Assembly: GCA_965215565.1 (NCBI GenBank)
Contig: CBDCDZ010000004.1
Location: 1,696,001-1,760,000, forward strand
Source of the DNA: Trueperaceae bacterium
GTDB lineage: Bacteria; Deinococcota; Deinococci; Deinococcales; Trueperaceae
DNA length: 64,000 nt
Direction of reading: 5' to 3'
Shown here: piece by piece, positions 50,159 through 60,420 of the stretch
How positions within the stretch are numbered: the stretch's first letter is position 1
Layout of the letters: each line of letters begins with the position of its first letter
The notes under the pieces: model-generated
Database searches by the model: none
Seen by the model: the letters and a program-made list of their open reading frames with translations, nothing else
What the model was told of the DNA's origin: nothing
Position numbers and translations under genes: made by a program

Positions 50159-50269
50159 TAGCAGGTATCATCTGGTTTGAGACACCCTCACCGTTTAGGG
50201 TATCGTCTAGCACGCACGTTCTGAGATGATATCTGCGCTCATCCGTCTCAGTATGTCTTGGAACTGCTA
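50159..50269 (+). mobile_element. TAGCAG-family MITE, minimal 111-bp core
   Basis: No inserts; flanks AGT/AGC. Confidence 0.85.
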
Positions 50270-50394
50270 AGCACTGTTCTATCTACTGAGAGCTTCTACT
50301 CATACTCGTTCCACTTGGCGAACGCGAAGGCCGGACATGCGTCCGCCTCCCACTCTCGCAAGAGGTCTAGTTTAGCAAGCTAGAGAGAACTTTA

Positions 50395-50595
50395 TAGCAG
50401 GTATCATCTGGTCTGAGTGTACGTAAGTTTTGCGAAGCAACACCCTCACCGTAGAAAACACTGTTTCCTTCGGAAAACTTCGTAATTCGCCTTGCGAAAA
50501 CTCCGTAATTAGCACGCACGTTGTGAGGTGATACCTTTGGCGTTGCCAAAACTTCCGTAAGCGGCACTCTGTCTCAATATGTTTTGGAAGTGCTA
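50395..50595 (+). mobile_element. TAGCAG-family MITE, 201 bp
   Basis: 199/201 identical to 12547-12747; flanks TTA/TTC. Confidence 0.9.
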
Positions 50596-50612
50596 TTCAG
50601 TTAAAAGTGCAG

Positions 50613-51746
50613 CTAACCAACCTCTTTAGGCTGCGCAAACACGGTGAGTAGAGCGATGGCACCTGACACGAGGAACGTTGCCTCTAAGCCCAAGGGCTCC
50701 ACAAGCACACTCAGCGCCACGGGTCCGAGCGTGAGCCCGACGCCGAAAACGAAGAGCGTGGCGGAAAAGCCAACCGACGGTCTTGCGGCAAAAACTGACG
50801 AACTCCAGATGGAGAGAAGTGCACTCATGACCATCACGCCTACCCCGAAGAGCGAAGCGGACACGCCTATAGCAAGCCAAGAGGAGGGCGCGAGACCTAG
50901 AGAAAAGGCGGCTAAGCCTAGACAGGCGAGCGTCGCAAGGAGTACCCACCTAGCCCCGAAGCGAGAAACCGCGTCGCCAGTGAATAGACCGCTCAACCCC
51001 GCCGCGCCGATAAAAGCGTAGAGGACGGGTCCTCCAAAGGTACGCGAGATGCCCGCCAAAACAACGAGGTCCACGGCGAACGAGTAGTAAAAGGCGCTCA
51101 CCACCCCGAAAGAGGCGGCGACGATGAAAAGAGGTACGGCTTCAGCTCGTGCGAACCAGCGCCACGTTATGTTTACCTGGGAAGCGTCCGCTGCACTGGA
51201 CGGGTTCGGCAATCCTCTTAGCGCGAGTACGTTGGGTACGAGCGCCGCTAGTGCAGCGCCAGCGAATAGGAGCCAAGCGACGCGCCAATCAGCACCCACG
51301 AAGAGCGCACTCAAACCCGCGATGAAAATGCCTACCGTCGTACCTGTACTGACCACCGAGAGCACGCGCCCCTGCCTCTCCCTGGCGACGAGTTGCTTAG
51401 TGGCGTCGTTGTAAGGAGCCCACGTCCAGCCTGCGCTCGAGCCCGCCAGCACCACCCCCGCTGCTAACATAGGCGCATTGGGAGCGAACGCAACCAGCGC
51501 CATGCCGAGCGCCGCCGACACGAGCCCTACCGTAATCAGAGGAAGCGGCCCCACCCGAGAAGCGAGCAGCCCTACCGCTGAGAGCGCGAGCAAGTAACCC
51601 AGGTACAAACCGCTCGCGATGAGTCCCAAGAGCACCGTCGAGAGCCCGAACTCCTCGCGGAAGATGGGCAAGAAGAGCCCGTAGCCAGTCCGGGCTGGTC
51701 CGAAGGTTATTGCAGTAGCGGCGAAGCCTGCGACGCTCAGCCGCAA
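50613..51746 (-). CDS. MFS transporter
   Basis: About 12 hydrophobic segments, FGPARTGYGLFLP; start position uncertain. Confidence 0.85.
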   Translation of the reverse strand: MRLSVAGFAATAITFGPARTGYGLFLPIFREEFGLSTVLLGLIASGLYLGYLLALSAVGLLASRVGPLPLITVGLVSAALGMALVAFAPNAPMLAAGVVLAGSSAGWTWAPYNDATKQLVARERQGRVLSVVSTGTTVGIFIAGLSALFVGADWRVAWLLFAGAALAALVPNVLALRGLPNPSSAADASQVNITWRWFARAEAVPLFIVAASFGVVSAFYYSFAVDLVVLAGISRTFGGPVLYAFIGAAGLSGLFTGDAVSRFGARWVLLATLACLGLAAFSLGLAPSSWLAIGVSASLFGVGVMVMSALLSIWSSSVFAARPSVGFSATLFVFGVGLTLGPVALSVLVEPLGLEATFLVSGAIALLTVFAQPKEVG

Positions 51747-51830
51747 GGGGCGCTCATCTTGTGATGCTCCGGGAGGCTAACGGACTGAAGATAAGTTGAA
51801 AGGTAGGTGTCATGCGCCTAGACTATATCA

Positions 51831-52310
51831 GTGCCTGAACGCCGCGAAGACAATTTGCGCCACCTTGCCTTTTCACTCGCTGAGGACGCTGATTACGAAT
51901 GGGCATATCACCTCAAAGTAGCCGCTGAGAAGGCGTATATCGAAGCGGTTTTCGGGTGGGAAGAAGCAGTGCAGCGTGAGTTTCATGCAAAAGAATGGCA
52001 CCAGGAAAAGCCGACTATCATCTCCCTGGAAAACGCGAAAATCGGCACGTATCTCTTGCAAAGGAGAGACTACGGCTACTACTTCGCCCGCTTTTTCATC
52101 CTGCCCGAGTTTCAGGGGCGAGGAATCGGCTCGAGCGTGCTGTCTTCTGTCACTAAAAAACTAGACCACGAACGCGCAGTATGTCGCCTCGGGCACTTAC
52201 AGAGCAACCCCCGCGTAAGCGAGCTTTACAAGAGGTTCGGATTTGTGACCTGCAAAGAAGACAGCGCATTCGTGTATATGCGAAGAGGTCAAGAAATCGG
52301 TAAGCGCTGA
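51831..52310 (+). CDS. GNAT family acetyltransferase
   Basis: ILPEFQGRGIGS, LYKRFGF; TAGACT 6 nt before GTG. Confidence 0.88.
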   Translation: MPERREDNLRHLAFSLAEDADYEWAYHLKVAAEKAYIEAVFGWEEAVQREFHAKEWHQEKPTIISLENAKIGTYLLQRRDYGYYFARFFILPEFQGRGIGSSVLSSVTKKLDHERAVCRLGHLQSNPRVSELYKRFGFVTCKEDSAFVYMRRGQEIGKR

Positions 52311-52358
52311 AACGTTACCTCAACCCCTGCGGGTTCTATCCTAAACGTCCACAAGAGG

Positions 52359-52388
52359 TTGTAAAGTTCTCCATAAAGGGCGTATAAT
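52359..52388 (+). promoter_or_regulatory. sigma70-type promoter of the rimP operon
   Basis: TTGTAA-18 nt-TATAAT. Confidence 0.55.
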
Positions 52389-52418
52389 CCTGTTTGGAGA
52401 AATCCCGACTACCTTATG

Positions 52419-52447
52419 GGTGGGTGCGCTGCACGCCACCTTTTTTT
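52419..52447 (+). terminator. rimP leader terminator/attenuator
   Basis: GGTGGGTGC-GCT-GCACGCCACC-TTTTTTT in the 5' leader of rimP-nusA. Confidence 0.75.
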
Positions 52448-52589
52448 GATGGTTAGGATAAAAGCGTACCGAATTCGTTTTAGCGAGGTTGCGCCCTAGA
52501 GGAATCACCCTTCAACGTGAAAGCTAACGTAGAGCTTGTTTGACTGAGGCTGTTTCTGAACGGATGGAACCTGCTGCTTAGGAGGTTAC

Positions 52590-53033
52590 ATGGAATTAGT
52601 CAAAGCAGCAGAAGAACTGCTGGGGCCTCTAGGCTTCGAAGTCTTGGAGCTTACGGTGAGCGGCAAAGGCAAAAAAAGGAATGTCCTCTTACGCATCGAC
52701 CGACTAGATCAAAAAGTCGTGACGATGGAGGATGTGAGCTTGGCAACTGAGGTCTTTAGCCTAGAACTCGATAGGCTCGACCCCTTCGAGAATGAGTACA
52801 AGTTGGAAGTCGAGTCACCCGGACCCGAACGCCCCTTAAAGAGCCCCGAGCACTTCCGCCGCTTTCACGACTTGCTCGCGAAGGTGCGCGTCGGCAACGA
52901 GACCTTTAAGGGTAAAGTGCGCGAGGTTACGAGTGAGAGCGTCACCTTTGAAGTCGGTAAGGAGCGGCGCACGGTTGCGCTACGTGACATCGGCAGTGCG
53001 CGTTTGGCGGAGTGGCCCGATACGCCGAGGTAG
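52590..53033 (+). CDS. rimP: ribosome maturation factor RimP
   Basis: YKLEVESPGPERPL; first gene of the nusA operon. Confidence 0.95.
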   Translation: MELVKAAEELLGPLGFEVLELTVSGKGKKRNVLLRIDRLDQKVVTMEDVSLATEVFSLELDRLDPFENEYKLEVESPGPERPLKSPEHFRRFHDLLAKVRVGNETFKGKVREVTSESVTFEVGKERRTVALRDIGSARLAEWPDTPR

Positions 53034-53204
53034 AGGTAGAGGAACGCTGAGTTTGAATCACGCAGACATCATCTTTCGAACGTGTACCGATCAGTTCTTT
53101 TCCCACTGAGAGCGTGTACGACCAGATGAGGTTCCGCTAGCCCAGGGGCTGAGTGCGCGAAGCTTTACGGAGTAACCTGCTACACAACTGAATAGGAGTA
53201 CAAG

Positions 53205-54464
53205 ATGAACAAAGATTTTATGGACGCCCTCAACCAACTCGCCACCGAGCGCAACTTAGACAAGGACCAGCTTTTAGCCTCATTCGAGGAGTCTTTAGAG
53301 CAGGCTTACGAGCGCAACGTCGAGCCGGGTAAGGCCATTGAGGTGCAAGTCGACCCCGAGACGGGCGAGATCGAGGTGTTGATCGTGCGGCGCGTCGTCG
53401 AAGAGGTCGAGGACGCCGAGCAGGAGATGAGCTTAGAGGAGGCGCGGGAACTCGATCCTACCGTCGAAGTCGGCATGGAGATGGAATTCCCTGTAGATCC
53501 CGACAAGTTCACGCGCATCGCGGTGCAAACCACCAAGCAGGTCATCACGCAAAAAATCCGCGAGGCGGAACGCGCGATTGTTTTTAACGAGTATAAAGAC
53601 CGCGCAGGCGACGTGATTACGGCGGTGGTCTCGCGCCAGGACAACAAGCGCAACGTTTTTGTAGATTTAGGACGCGGCGAAGCCATCATGCCGCCCAAAG
53701 AGCAGATTCCCGGCGAGCGTACGATGGTCGGGATGCGGCTCAAGGTGTACGTCGTCAAGGTCGAGCTTTCGAACAGGGGACCGAGTATTTTGGTCTCGAG
53801 AGCCGCCCCCGAACTCCTGGAGTACCTCATGCGCCAAGAGATTCCCGAGGTCACGGACGACACGGTAGAGCTAAAAGCCATCGCCCGTGAAGCCGGACAA
53901 CGCTCCAAAGTCGCCGTCATCAGCCGCAACTCGAACGTGGACCCCATCGGGGCGTGTATCGGGCACCGGGGCTCGCGTATCCAAGCCGTCACAGCAGAGT
54001 TACAGCGCGAGCGCGTGGACATCATCCTCTGGGACCCGAGTCCACGCGAATTTATCCGCAACGCCCTCTCCCCCGCAAAGGTAGGCACCATCGACGTGGA
54101 CACCGAAAAGGGCGAGGCGAAGGTGTTGGTCGGCAACGATCAGCTTTCCCTCGCCATCGGTAAGGGCGGGCAGAACGTGCGCCTAGCGGCGAAACTGACG
54201 GGTTTCAAAATCGACCTCGTCGCTTCGGAGACGGTGTCTGACCTTGACGCCGCGATGCAAGCCGCCGCCGAACGAGGCGAGGACGTGCCTGCGGTCACGA
54301 CCGACTCGAAACGCGCCGCTTTCGACGCCCTCTTTAGCGCCTCACCTGAGCCCGAAGAGGAGAGCAAAGAGGTCGAGGCAGCAGTAGAAGCGAGCGAAGA
54401 GGTCGAGGCGACGATAGAGGCGGCAACAGAACCCGAAGCCCAGGAGGAGACGAGCAGAGGATGA
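53205..54464 (+). CDS. nusA: transcription factor NusA
   Basis: S1 and KH domains, AREAGQRSKVAV, DPIGACIG, QLSLAIGKGGQNVRLA. Confidence 0.98.
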   Translation: MNKDFMDALNQLATERNLDKDQLLASFEESLEQAYERNVEPGKAIEVQVDPETGEIEVLIVRRVVEEVEDAEQEMSLEEARELDPTVEVGMEMEFPVDPDKFTRIAVQTTKQVITQKIREAERAIVFNEYKDRAGDVITAVVSRQDNKRNVFVDLGRGEAIMPPKEQIPGERTMVGMRLKVYVVKVELSNRGPSILVSRAAPELLEYLMRQEIPEVTDDTVELKAIAREAGQRSKVAVISRNSNVDPIGACIGHRGSRIQAVTAELQRERVDIILWDPSPREFIRNALSPAKVGTIDVDTEKGEAKVLVGNDQLSLAIGKGGQNVRLAAKLTGFKIDLVASETVSDLDAAMQAAAERGEDVPAVTTDSKRAAFDALFSASPEPEEESKEVEAAVEASEEVEATIEAATEPEAQEETSRG

Positions 54465-54754
54465 GCCGCGCCAAACACGTGCCGATGCGCCGCTGTGTGG
54501 CGTGTCGGCGCGAGCGTCCACAGGGCGATTTGGTCCGCTTCCATAAAAGTGAGGCTGAGGGTTGGCAGCTCGACACGGCTTACTTAGAACGTAACCGCAA
54601 GAGCGACGGGCGCGGCGCGTGGGTCTGTGCGGACAATCCCGAGTGCTGGCGCGTGAAGAAACTCAAGCGCTTTTTTCGCGGACAGACCGAGCGGTTGCAT
54701 GAGGAGCTTCTCGAGCACGCCAAAGGGCAACCGAAACAGGAAGTTCTACAATGA
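54461..54754 (+). CDS. ylxR: YlxR/RnpM RNA-binding protein
   Basis: PMRRCVACR, GRGAWVC; operon position. Confidence 0.92.
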   Translation: MSRAKHVPMRRCVACRRERPQGDLVRFHKSEAEGWQLDTAYLERNRKSDGRGAWVCADNPECWRVKKLKRFFRGQTERLHEELLEHAKGQPKQEVLQ

Positions 54755-54898
54755 AGAGGATTATGATAACTAGGTGTAAATTACGCAGACATCATCTCTC
54801 AGCGTGTGAGCCAAGCATTGACTTGAAATGTGAGAGCGTTCGTGACCAGATGATTGCGCGTAGCTTTTTGAAGAAACCTGCTTGCAATGGAGGAATAG

Positions 54899-56665
54899 AT
54901 GCCTGAAAAAGTACGAATTTATCAACTTGCCAAAGACTTAAACCTAGAAACCAAGGATATGCTCGATATCCTCGACTCGATGGGGGTGGAATACAAGTCG
55001 CACTCGAGCACCTTGGAGGGCGACATCGCCGATACCGTACGCCAGTTGGTCGAAGAAGAGGGCGGCGCACCCGAGGCGGAAGCTGCTGTTGAGAACGCCA
55101 ACGAAGCCGAAGCGGGCGAAGAACTGGAAGAGGTCAAGCCCGAGGCGGACCCCGGTGCACCCTCCCGCGCTCCTGTCGTCACCGTCATGGGGCACGTCGA
55201 CCACGGCAAGACGAGCCTCTTAGACTACATCCGCAAAGCGAAAGTCGCCGAAGGCGAAGCGGGCGGCATCACGCAGCACATCGGCGCGTACCAGGCTGAA
55301 ACGCCGGGCGGCCCCATCACCTTTTTAGACACCCCCGGTCACGAGGCTTTCACGACGATTCGGCAGCGTGGCGCGTCCGCCACGGACATTGTGATCATTG
55401 TCGTCGCGGCAGACGACTCGATTATGCCGCAGACCCGCGAAGCCATCGCCCACGCGAAAGCGGCGGGCGTCCCTATCATCGTCGCCGTCAACAAAATCGA
55501 CCTGCCCCAAGCGAACCCCGACAAGGTCAAGCAGGACTTGATGCAGTACGAACTCGTCCCCGAGGACTTCGGCGGCGACACCATCGTCGTACCGATCAGC
55601 GCTCAGACGGGCGAAGGTATCGACAACCTCTTGGAGATGATTTCGCTCGTCGCGGAGCTAGAGGACTTCCGTGCGCCTCGAGATGGCGAAGCCGAGGGCG
55701 TCGTTATCGAGTCCATTCTGGACAAACGCGCGGGCGTCTTAGCCACCATATTGGTGCAAAAAGGCACGCTTCACGTGACCGACTACATCGTCTCGGGCGA
55801 GGCGTGGGCGAAAATTCGCGCCATGACTGACCCCTCGGGCGAGCGCATCAAGGAAGCCGGACCGTCTTTCCCGGTGCAGATTTTAGGCTTTAGCAACCAG
55901 CCGCAAGCGGGCGACAAAGTCGTAGCGGTAGCCGACGAAGCCACCGCCAAGCAACTCGTCTCGGAGCGGACCCAAGCCCGCGAAGAGGAGGAGCGCGAAC
56001 GCATCGGCATGAAGGGCGTGACGCTAGCGGACCTCTTCGGCAAGCCGAAAGTCACGACGATCAACCTCATCTTGCGAGCGGACACGCAGGGATCACTTGA
56101 AGCCATCAAAGGCGTCATCGCCAAAGAAGCCGAAAAGACCGACGAGGTGGACGTGGAGATCATGCTCGCTGAAGTCGGCGCACCCACCGAGAGCGACTTG
56201 CTCTTAGCGGGCACAGCGGACGCCACCGTGATGAGCTTCGGCGTCAACCCGGCAGGCAGCGTCAAAAAAGCCGCCGAGCGCCAAGGCGTCACGCTCAAGA
56301 CGTACAAGATCATCTATCAGCTCATCGAAGAGGTCGAGCGGATGATTCGCGGTCAGATCGAGCCCGAGTTCGAAGAGCAGGTCACGGGTCACGCCGAAGT
56401 GCGTCAAGTCATCCGCGTACCGCGCTCCGGTAACATCGCCGGCTCTTACGTCACCGACGGTACGATTCGTCGCGGGGCGAAAGCGCGGCTCATTCGCGGC
56501 GGACGCGAGGTCTACAAGGGCTCGGTTGCGCAGCTTCGCCGCTTCAAAGACGACGTGCGCGAAGTCGGTAACGGCTTTGAGTGCGGAATCAACTTGCAGA
56601 ACTATGAGAATGTGCAAGAGGGGGATGTGATTGAGGCGTATGAGATGGTGGAGGTGCCGGTATAG
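54899..56665 (+). CDS. infB: translation initiation factor IF-2 (short form)
   Basis: [31 protein letters not shown]. Confidence 0.98.
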   Translation: MPEKVRIYQLAKDLNLETKDMLDILDSMGVEYKSHSSTLEGDIADTVRQLVEEEGGAPEAEAAVENANEAEAGEELEEVKPEADPGAPSRAPVVTVMGHVDHGKTSLLDYIRKAKVAEGEAGGITQHIGAYQAETPGGPITFLDTPGHEAFTTIRQRGASATDIVIIVVAADDSIMPQTREAIAHAKAAGVPIIVAVNKIDLPQANPDKVKQDLMQYELVPEDFGGDTIVVPISAQTGEGIDNLLEMISLVAELEDFRAPRDGEAEGVVIESILDKRAGVLATILVQKGTLHVTDYIVSGEAWAKIRAMTDPSGERIKEAGPSFPVQILGFSNQPQAGDKVVAVADEATAKQLVSERTQAREEEERERIGMKGVTLADLFGKPKVTTINLILRADTQGSLEAIKGVIAKEAEKTDEVDVEIMLAEVGAPTESDLLLAGTADATVMSFGVNPAGSVKKAAERQGVTLKTYKIIYQLIEEVERMIRGQIEPEFEEQVTGHAEVRQVIRVPRSGNIAGSYVTDGTIRRGAKARLIRGGREVYKGSVAQLRRFKDDVREVGNGFECGINLQNYENVQEGDVIEAYEMVEVPV

Positions 56666-56714
56666 AGGTTGGTAGAGAGCTTTAGATAGGGCTTTTTATT
56701 ACCCTATAATGAGG

Positions 56715-56771
56715 GCGTTGAGCGCTTCACGGAAGATAGATATTGACCATGAATCGCTCAACGCTTTTTTC
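56715..56771 (+). terminator. terminator-like hairpin after infB
   Basis: gcgttgagcg ... cgctcaacgc followed by a T-run; long loop. Confidence 0.6.
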
Positions 56772-56805
56772 TTTGGTTATAGATGCACCTCTTAACAACC
56801 ATAGC

Positions 56806-57762
56806 TTAGGGAGCATCACGAAATTTATCCAACGCTGCCGTCATCGCTTCAGGAAAGCCGATTCCTCCGTGTCCCGCATTATCTAAGATATGCAATTTGC
56901 TCTTTGACCAAGTACGGTGCAAAGCCCAAGCTATATCCAGAGGACCAGAAATATCCCAACGTCCGTGGATAAGTACTGCGGGAATATTTTCTAAACGGTG
57001 CATTCCGACCATCACTTCGGCGTCTGTCAAAAAGCAACCATGGCTCCAATAGTGTGTTACGAGGCGAGCAAAAATGAGACGAAACTGCGGGTCTCGGTAG
57101 CGTGGGTTTGGTTCCCTATCTGGCATTAGAGAGACGTGGATATCTTCCCACCGACACCACTCGAGTGCTGCGCGTTCACGCACCTCTGGATCAGGGCTAG
57201 CTAAGAGCCGCGCATAGGCAGCAGATAAGTCGCCGCTACGCTCAGCTTCAGGAACAAGCGCAGCAAAACGTTCCCATTCACGCGGAAAAATTCTGCCCAT
57301 ATCGCGGGTGATCCAAGCTATTTCGCGGCGTGTTCCAGCGGTTACAGCGCCAAGCACCATAGCCCTTACCCGTTCGGGATAGCGTTGTGCGTACACTAAC
57401 CCCACCGTAACACCCCATGAACCACCCACAACAACCCAACGTTCGATACCGAGATGTTGACGTAGGGCTTCAATATCAGCGATGAGATGATGAGTGGTAT
57501 TGGTACTCAAATCAGCATCAGGTTTAGAAGCAAGGGGGCGACTACGCCCACAGTCTCGTTGATCAAATAGTACGGCGCGGTAAGCGGTAGGGTCAAAGTT
57601 ACGGCGTGAGCCAAGGCTACAACCGCTACCAGGTCCACCATGTAGATAAACAGCAGGGGTTCCTTCAGGGTTGCCGATCTCTTCCCAATAAAGCTCATGG
57701 CCATCCCCAACTTTGAGCATACCCGAGGCAAAAGGTTCAATCGCTGGGTAACGTTTTGCCAC
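56806..57762 (-). CDS. pip: prolyl aminopeptidase
   Basis: HGGPG, GGSWG nucleophile, HGRWD, AGH. Confidence 0.93.
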   Translation of the reverse strand: MAKRYPAIEPFASGMLKVGDGHELYWEEIGNPEGTPAVYLHGGPGSGCSLGSRRNFDPTAYRAVLFDQRDCGRSRPLASKPDADLSTNTTHHLIADIEALRQHLGIERWVVVGGSWGVTVGLVYAQRYPERVRAMVLGAVTAGTRREIAWITRDMGRIFPREWERFAALVPEAERSGDLSAAYARLLASPDPEVRERAALEWCRWEDIHVSLMPDREPNPRYRDPQFRLIFARLVTHYWSHGCFLTDAEVMVGMHRLENIPAVLIHGRWDISGPLDIAWALHRTWSKSKLHILDNAGHGGIGFPEAMTAALDKFRDAP

Positions 57763-57919
57763 GCTTTTCTCCCTACAAATTATGTCATGAGTATTCGACT
57801 TAAAAAATTTGGGGGCGAATAGTTGCGCTCAACGAAACAAAGAGTACCTCTCGAGCCAAAAATCCTTTCTTCCATATCACCATCATATTTCGATCTCCCG
57901 CTTAGTTTATGCTGATGCT

Positions 57920-57978
57920 ATGAGCATCTCCATTGCCATTCACGAAACCAAAACGCATTTCCCCAAGCTGCTCGATAA
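57920..57978 (+). pseudogene. Phd/YefM antitoxin N-terminal remnant
   Basis: MSISIAIHETKTHFPKLLD resembles VNMHEAKTNFSKLVE at 9160; TATGCT 6 nt before ATG; similarity stops and no toxin follows. Confidence 0.55.
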
Positions 57979-58056
57979 CTGTCATTATTCCACCCTTACC
58001 TTACTGAACAGGAGTGAGGATGAAGCACACCGCCACTATCACCAGCAAGGGACAAG

Positions 58057-58542
58057 TCACCATTGCTCAAGAATTGCGTCGACAACACGTGAGATTGATG
58101 CCGTGGCGTCGATTGTGATTGCGTTCTTCGGAATGTCTTCTTTAGTCGCATGTAATCGCGCAATGAATTCCCGTTCGCTTACTCGTCCGCCCCACTCGTC
58201 TTTAGCTCGGACGGCAAGACGCCGGTTCAACGTATCCAGATCGACCTCGAGAACAAAAACGCCATCAAATAGATCGATGAAACGGTCGAAATTCCTGGAA
58301 CCGCCGCAAAAGAACGATACCGCATGGCTCTGGTCGGCCACCAAAGCGCTGACCTTATCGACATTCCAGATATGATGCTCGTGGGCAAAGCCGTCCAGAG
58401 GCTCACCAGTTTTTGGATCGCCTTGATAGGCCAAGTCCCTATCGCCATGAATGGCGTAGTAGCCGCGCCGCCTTAGCTCGTCGCAGACCGAGGTTTTGCC
58501 GGTACCGGAAACGCCTTCAATTAAGTAATTTTTGACACCCAT
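58057..58542 (-). CDS. small P-loop kinase (AAA/nucleoside kinase-like)
   Basis: NYLIEGVSGTGKTS, FFCGG, IDAT. Confidence 0.85.
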   Translation of the reverse strand: MGVKNYLIEGVSGTGKTSVCDELRRRGYYAIHGDRDLAYQGDPKTGEPLDGFAHEHHIWNVDKVSALVADQSHAVSFFCGGSRNFDRFIDLFDGVFVLEVDLDTLNRRLAVRAKDEWGGRVSEREFIARLHATKEDIPKNAITIDATASISRVVDAILEQW

Positions 58543-58697
58543 GTTCGCTTCCAATCTACAGATAGTTCGGGCAACCTATAACACACAATCGCTCGAGACA
58601 CAGAAAAACAAAAAATCACCGCAATAGACATTTAGGTCTTCCGCAAAGCGCCTCGCCGGGATAAATTAGAGCGAAACAAGGCAAAAAAGGAGACTTA

Positions 58698-60413
58698 ATG
58701 AAGCAATATGTGTACAAACGCGACGCGAGCGGCAACCCCTACTTAGAAACCGACCTCCCCGGTCTGATGCTCACCCGTTTACCCTTACTAAATAAGAGCA
58801 CCGCCTTCACCGCCGAAGAGCGCGACGCCTTTAACCTCTGGGGCATTTTGCCTGCGCACGTCTCGAGCCTAGAGGAGCAGGTTCAGCGTGCCTACAACAA
58901 CTACTGCCACTTCGAGAAAGATTTCGACAAGTACATCTACTTGCGGCTCTTGCAAGACCGCTGCGAGGTGCTCTTTTACGCGCTCTTAGCCGAGCACTTA
59001 GAGGAGATGATGCCCATCATCTACACGCCCACCGTGGCGCTCGCCGCGACGCACTTCAGCCGCATCTACCGCTTTCCGCGCGGGCTCGTCGTCAGCACAA
59101 AAAATATCGACCGTATCGACAACCTCTTGCAAAACACGCCCTATCCCCGCGTCAGGCTCATCGTCGCTACGGACGCCGAGGGTATTTTGGGCATCGGCGA
59201 CCAGGGTTTCGGCGGCATGGCAATCTGCATCGGCAAGCTCTCGCTCTATACGGCGGCGGCGGGCGTAGACCCGGCGCTCTGCTTGCCGGTGCAGCTCGAC
59301 GTCGGCACGAACCACGAGGAGTTGTTGGAAGACCCTATGTATCTAGGCGCACGCCACCCGAGGCTCACGGGGAGCGCCTACTACAACTTTATCAACACCT
59401 TTGTGAAGGCGCTCACGCGGCATCATCCGGGCGTGCTCTTGCAGTGGGAGGACTTCAGCCGCGACAAAGCCTTCGAGGTTTTGGCGCAGCATAAAGAGAC
59501 GCTCCCCTCCTTCAACGACGACATTCAAGGGACGGGCGCGGTAGTGCTCGCCGGACTCCTCGCCGCCACGAAGCGACACGGGCATACCCTTAAAGACGAA
59601 ACGTTTCTGATCTTCGGGGCAGGAGCAGCGGGCGTTGGCGTGGCGCGGCAGCTCTTCGCGGCGCTTAAAAACGAAGGGCTGAGCGCCGCCGACGCCAAAG
59701 CCAAAATCTTCATGATGGACCCCTTCGGGCTCATTCTCAATGACCGCCGAGGCTTGGAATCCTACAAGGCGAGTCTGGCGCAAGACCCGAGCCGCTTAGA
59801 GGGCTGGCACATCGCGGGGGATGACCCGAGTTTGCTCGAGGTGGTCCAAAACGCCAATATCACCACGCTCTTAGGCTTTTCAGGTCAAGCGGGCGCGTTC
59901 GGCGAAGAGGTCACTAAGGCGGTGTGCGCTAACACCGAGCACCCCATCATCTTCCCGCTCTCGAACCCTACGAGCCATACCGAAGCCAAACCCGAAGACC
60001 TCATCCGCTGGACAAACGGGCGCGTGACGCTCGCGACGGGCAGCCCCTTCGATGACGTGGACTACAACGGTCAAACTTACGGCGTCGGGCAGGGCAACAA
60101 CGCTTTTATCTTTCCCGGCTTGGGTTTGGGATTGATGCTAAGTGGCGCAAAGCGCGTCACGGCTGACATCTTGAACGTGGCGGCGCGGGCGTTGTCCGAG
60201 CAAGTTTCGGCGGAGCGTCTGGAGAGGGGGCTCGTCTACCCCGGCATCGGCGACTTGCGCGGCGTGAGCGAGCGTGTAGCGGCAGAGGTGGTGCGGGCGG
60301 TTGCGGAAGCAAGTGATACCGAGTTTAACCTCGAGGAAGACCCCCACACCTTCATCTCGAAACGCATGTGGAACCCGACCTATCTACCCATCCGCAAGCC
60401 GCAGCAGCCGTGA
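58698..60413 (+). CDS. maeA: NAD-dependent malic enzyme
   Basis: PIIYTPTV, ILGIGDQG, QWEDF, FNDDIQGT, GAGAAG, LSNPT, QGNN. Confidence 0.95.
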   Translation: MKQYVYKRDASGNPYLETDLPGLMLTRLPLLNKSTAFTAEERDAFNLWGILPAHVSSLEEQVQRAYNNYCHFEKDFDKYIYLRLLQDRCEVLFYALLAEHLEEMMPIIYTPTVALAATHFSRIYRFPRGLVVSTKNIDRIDNLLQNTPYPRVRLIVATDAEGILGIGDQGFGGMAICIGKLSLYTAAAGVDPALCLPVQLDVGTNHEELLEDPMYLGARHPRLTGSAYYNFINTFVKALTRHHPGVLLQWEDFSRDKAFEVLAQHKETLPSFNDDIQGTGAVVLAGLLAATKRHGHTLKDETFLIFGAGAAGVGVARQLFAALKNEGLSAADAKAKIFMMDPFGLILNDRRGLESYKASLAQDPSRLEGWHIAGDDPSLLEVVQNANITTLLGFSGQAGAFGEEVTKAVCANTEHPIIFPLSNPTSHTEAKPEDLIRWTNGRVTLATGSPFDDVDYNGQTYGVGQGNNAFIFPGLGLGLMLSGAKRVTADILNVAARALSEQVSAERLERGLVYPGIGDLRGVSERVAAEVVRAVAEASDTEFNLEEDPHTFISKRMWNPTYLPIRKPQQP

Positions 60414-60420
60414 GGAGCTT

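Noticed and set aside
12547..50595. MITE copies, REP doublets or heptamer arrays as CRISPR arrays
   Set aside because: No regularly spaced direct repeats with unique spacers and no cas genes
57809..58375. 188-aa ORF as a real gene
   Set aside because: Only a 19-codon segment resembles a protein family; the rest overlaps the opposite-strand kinase
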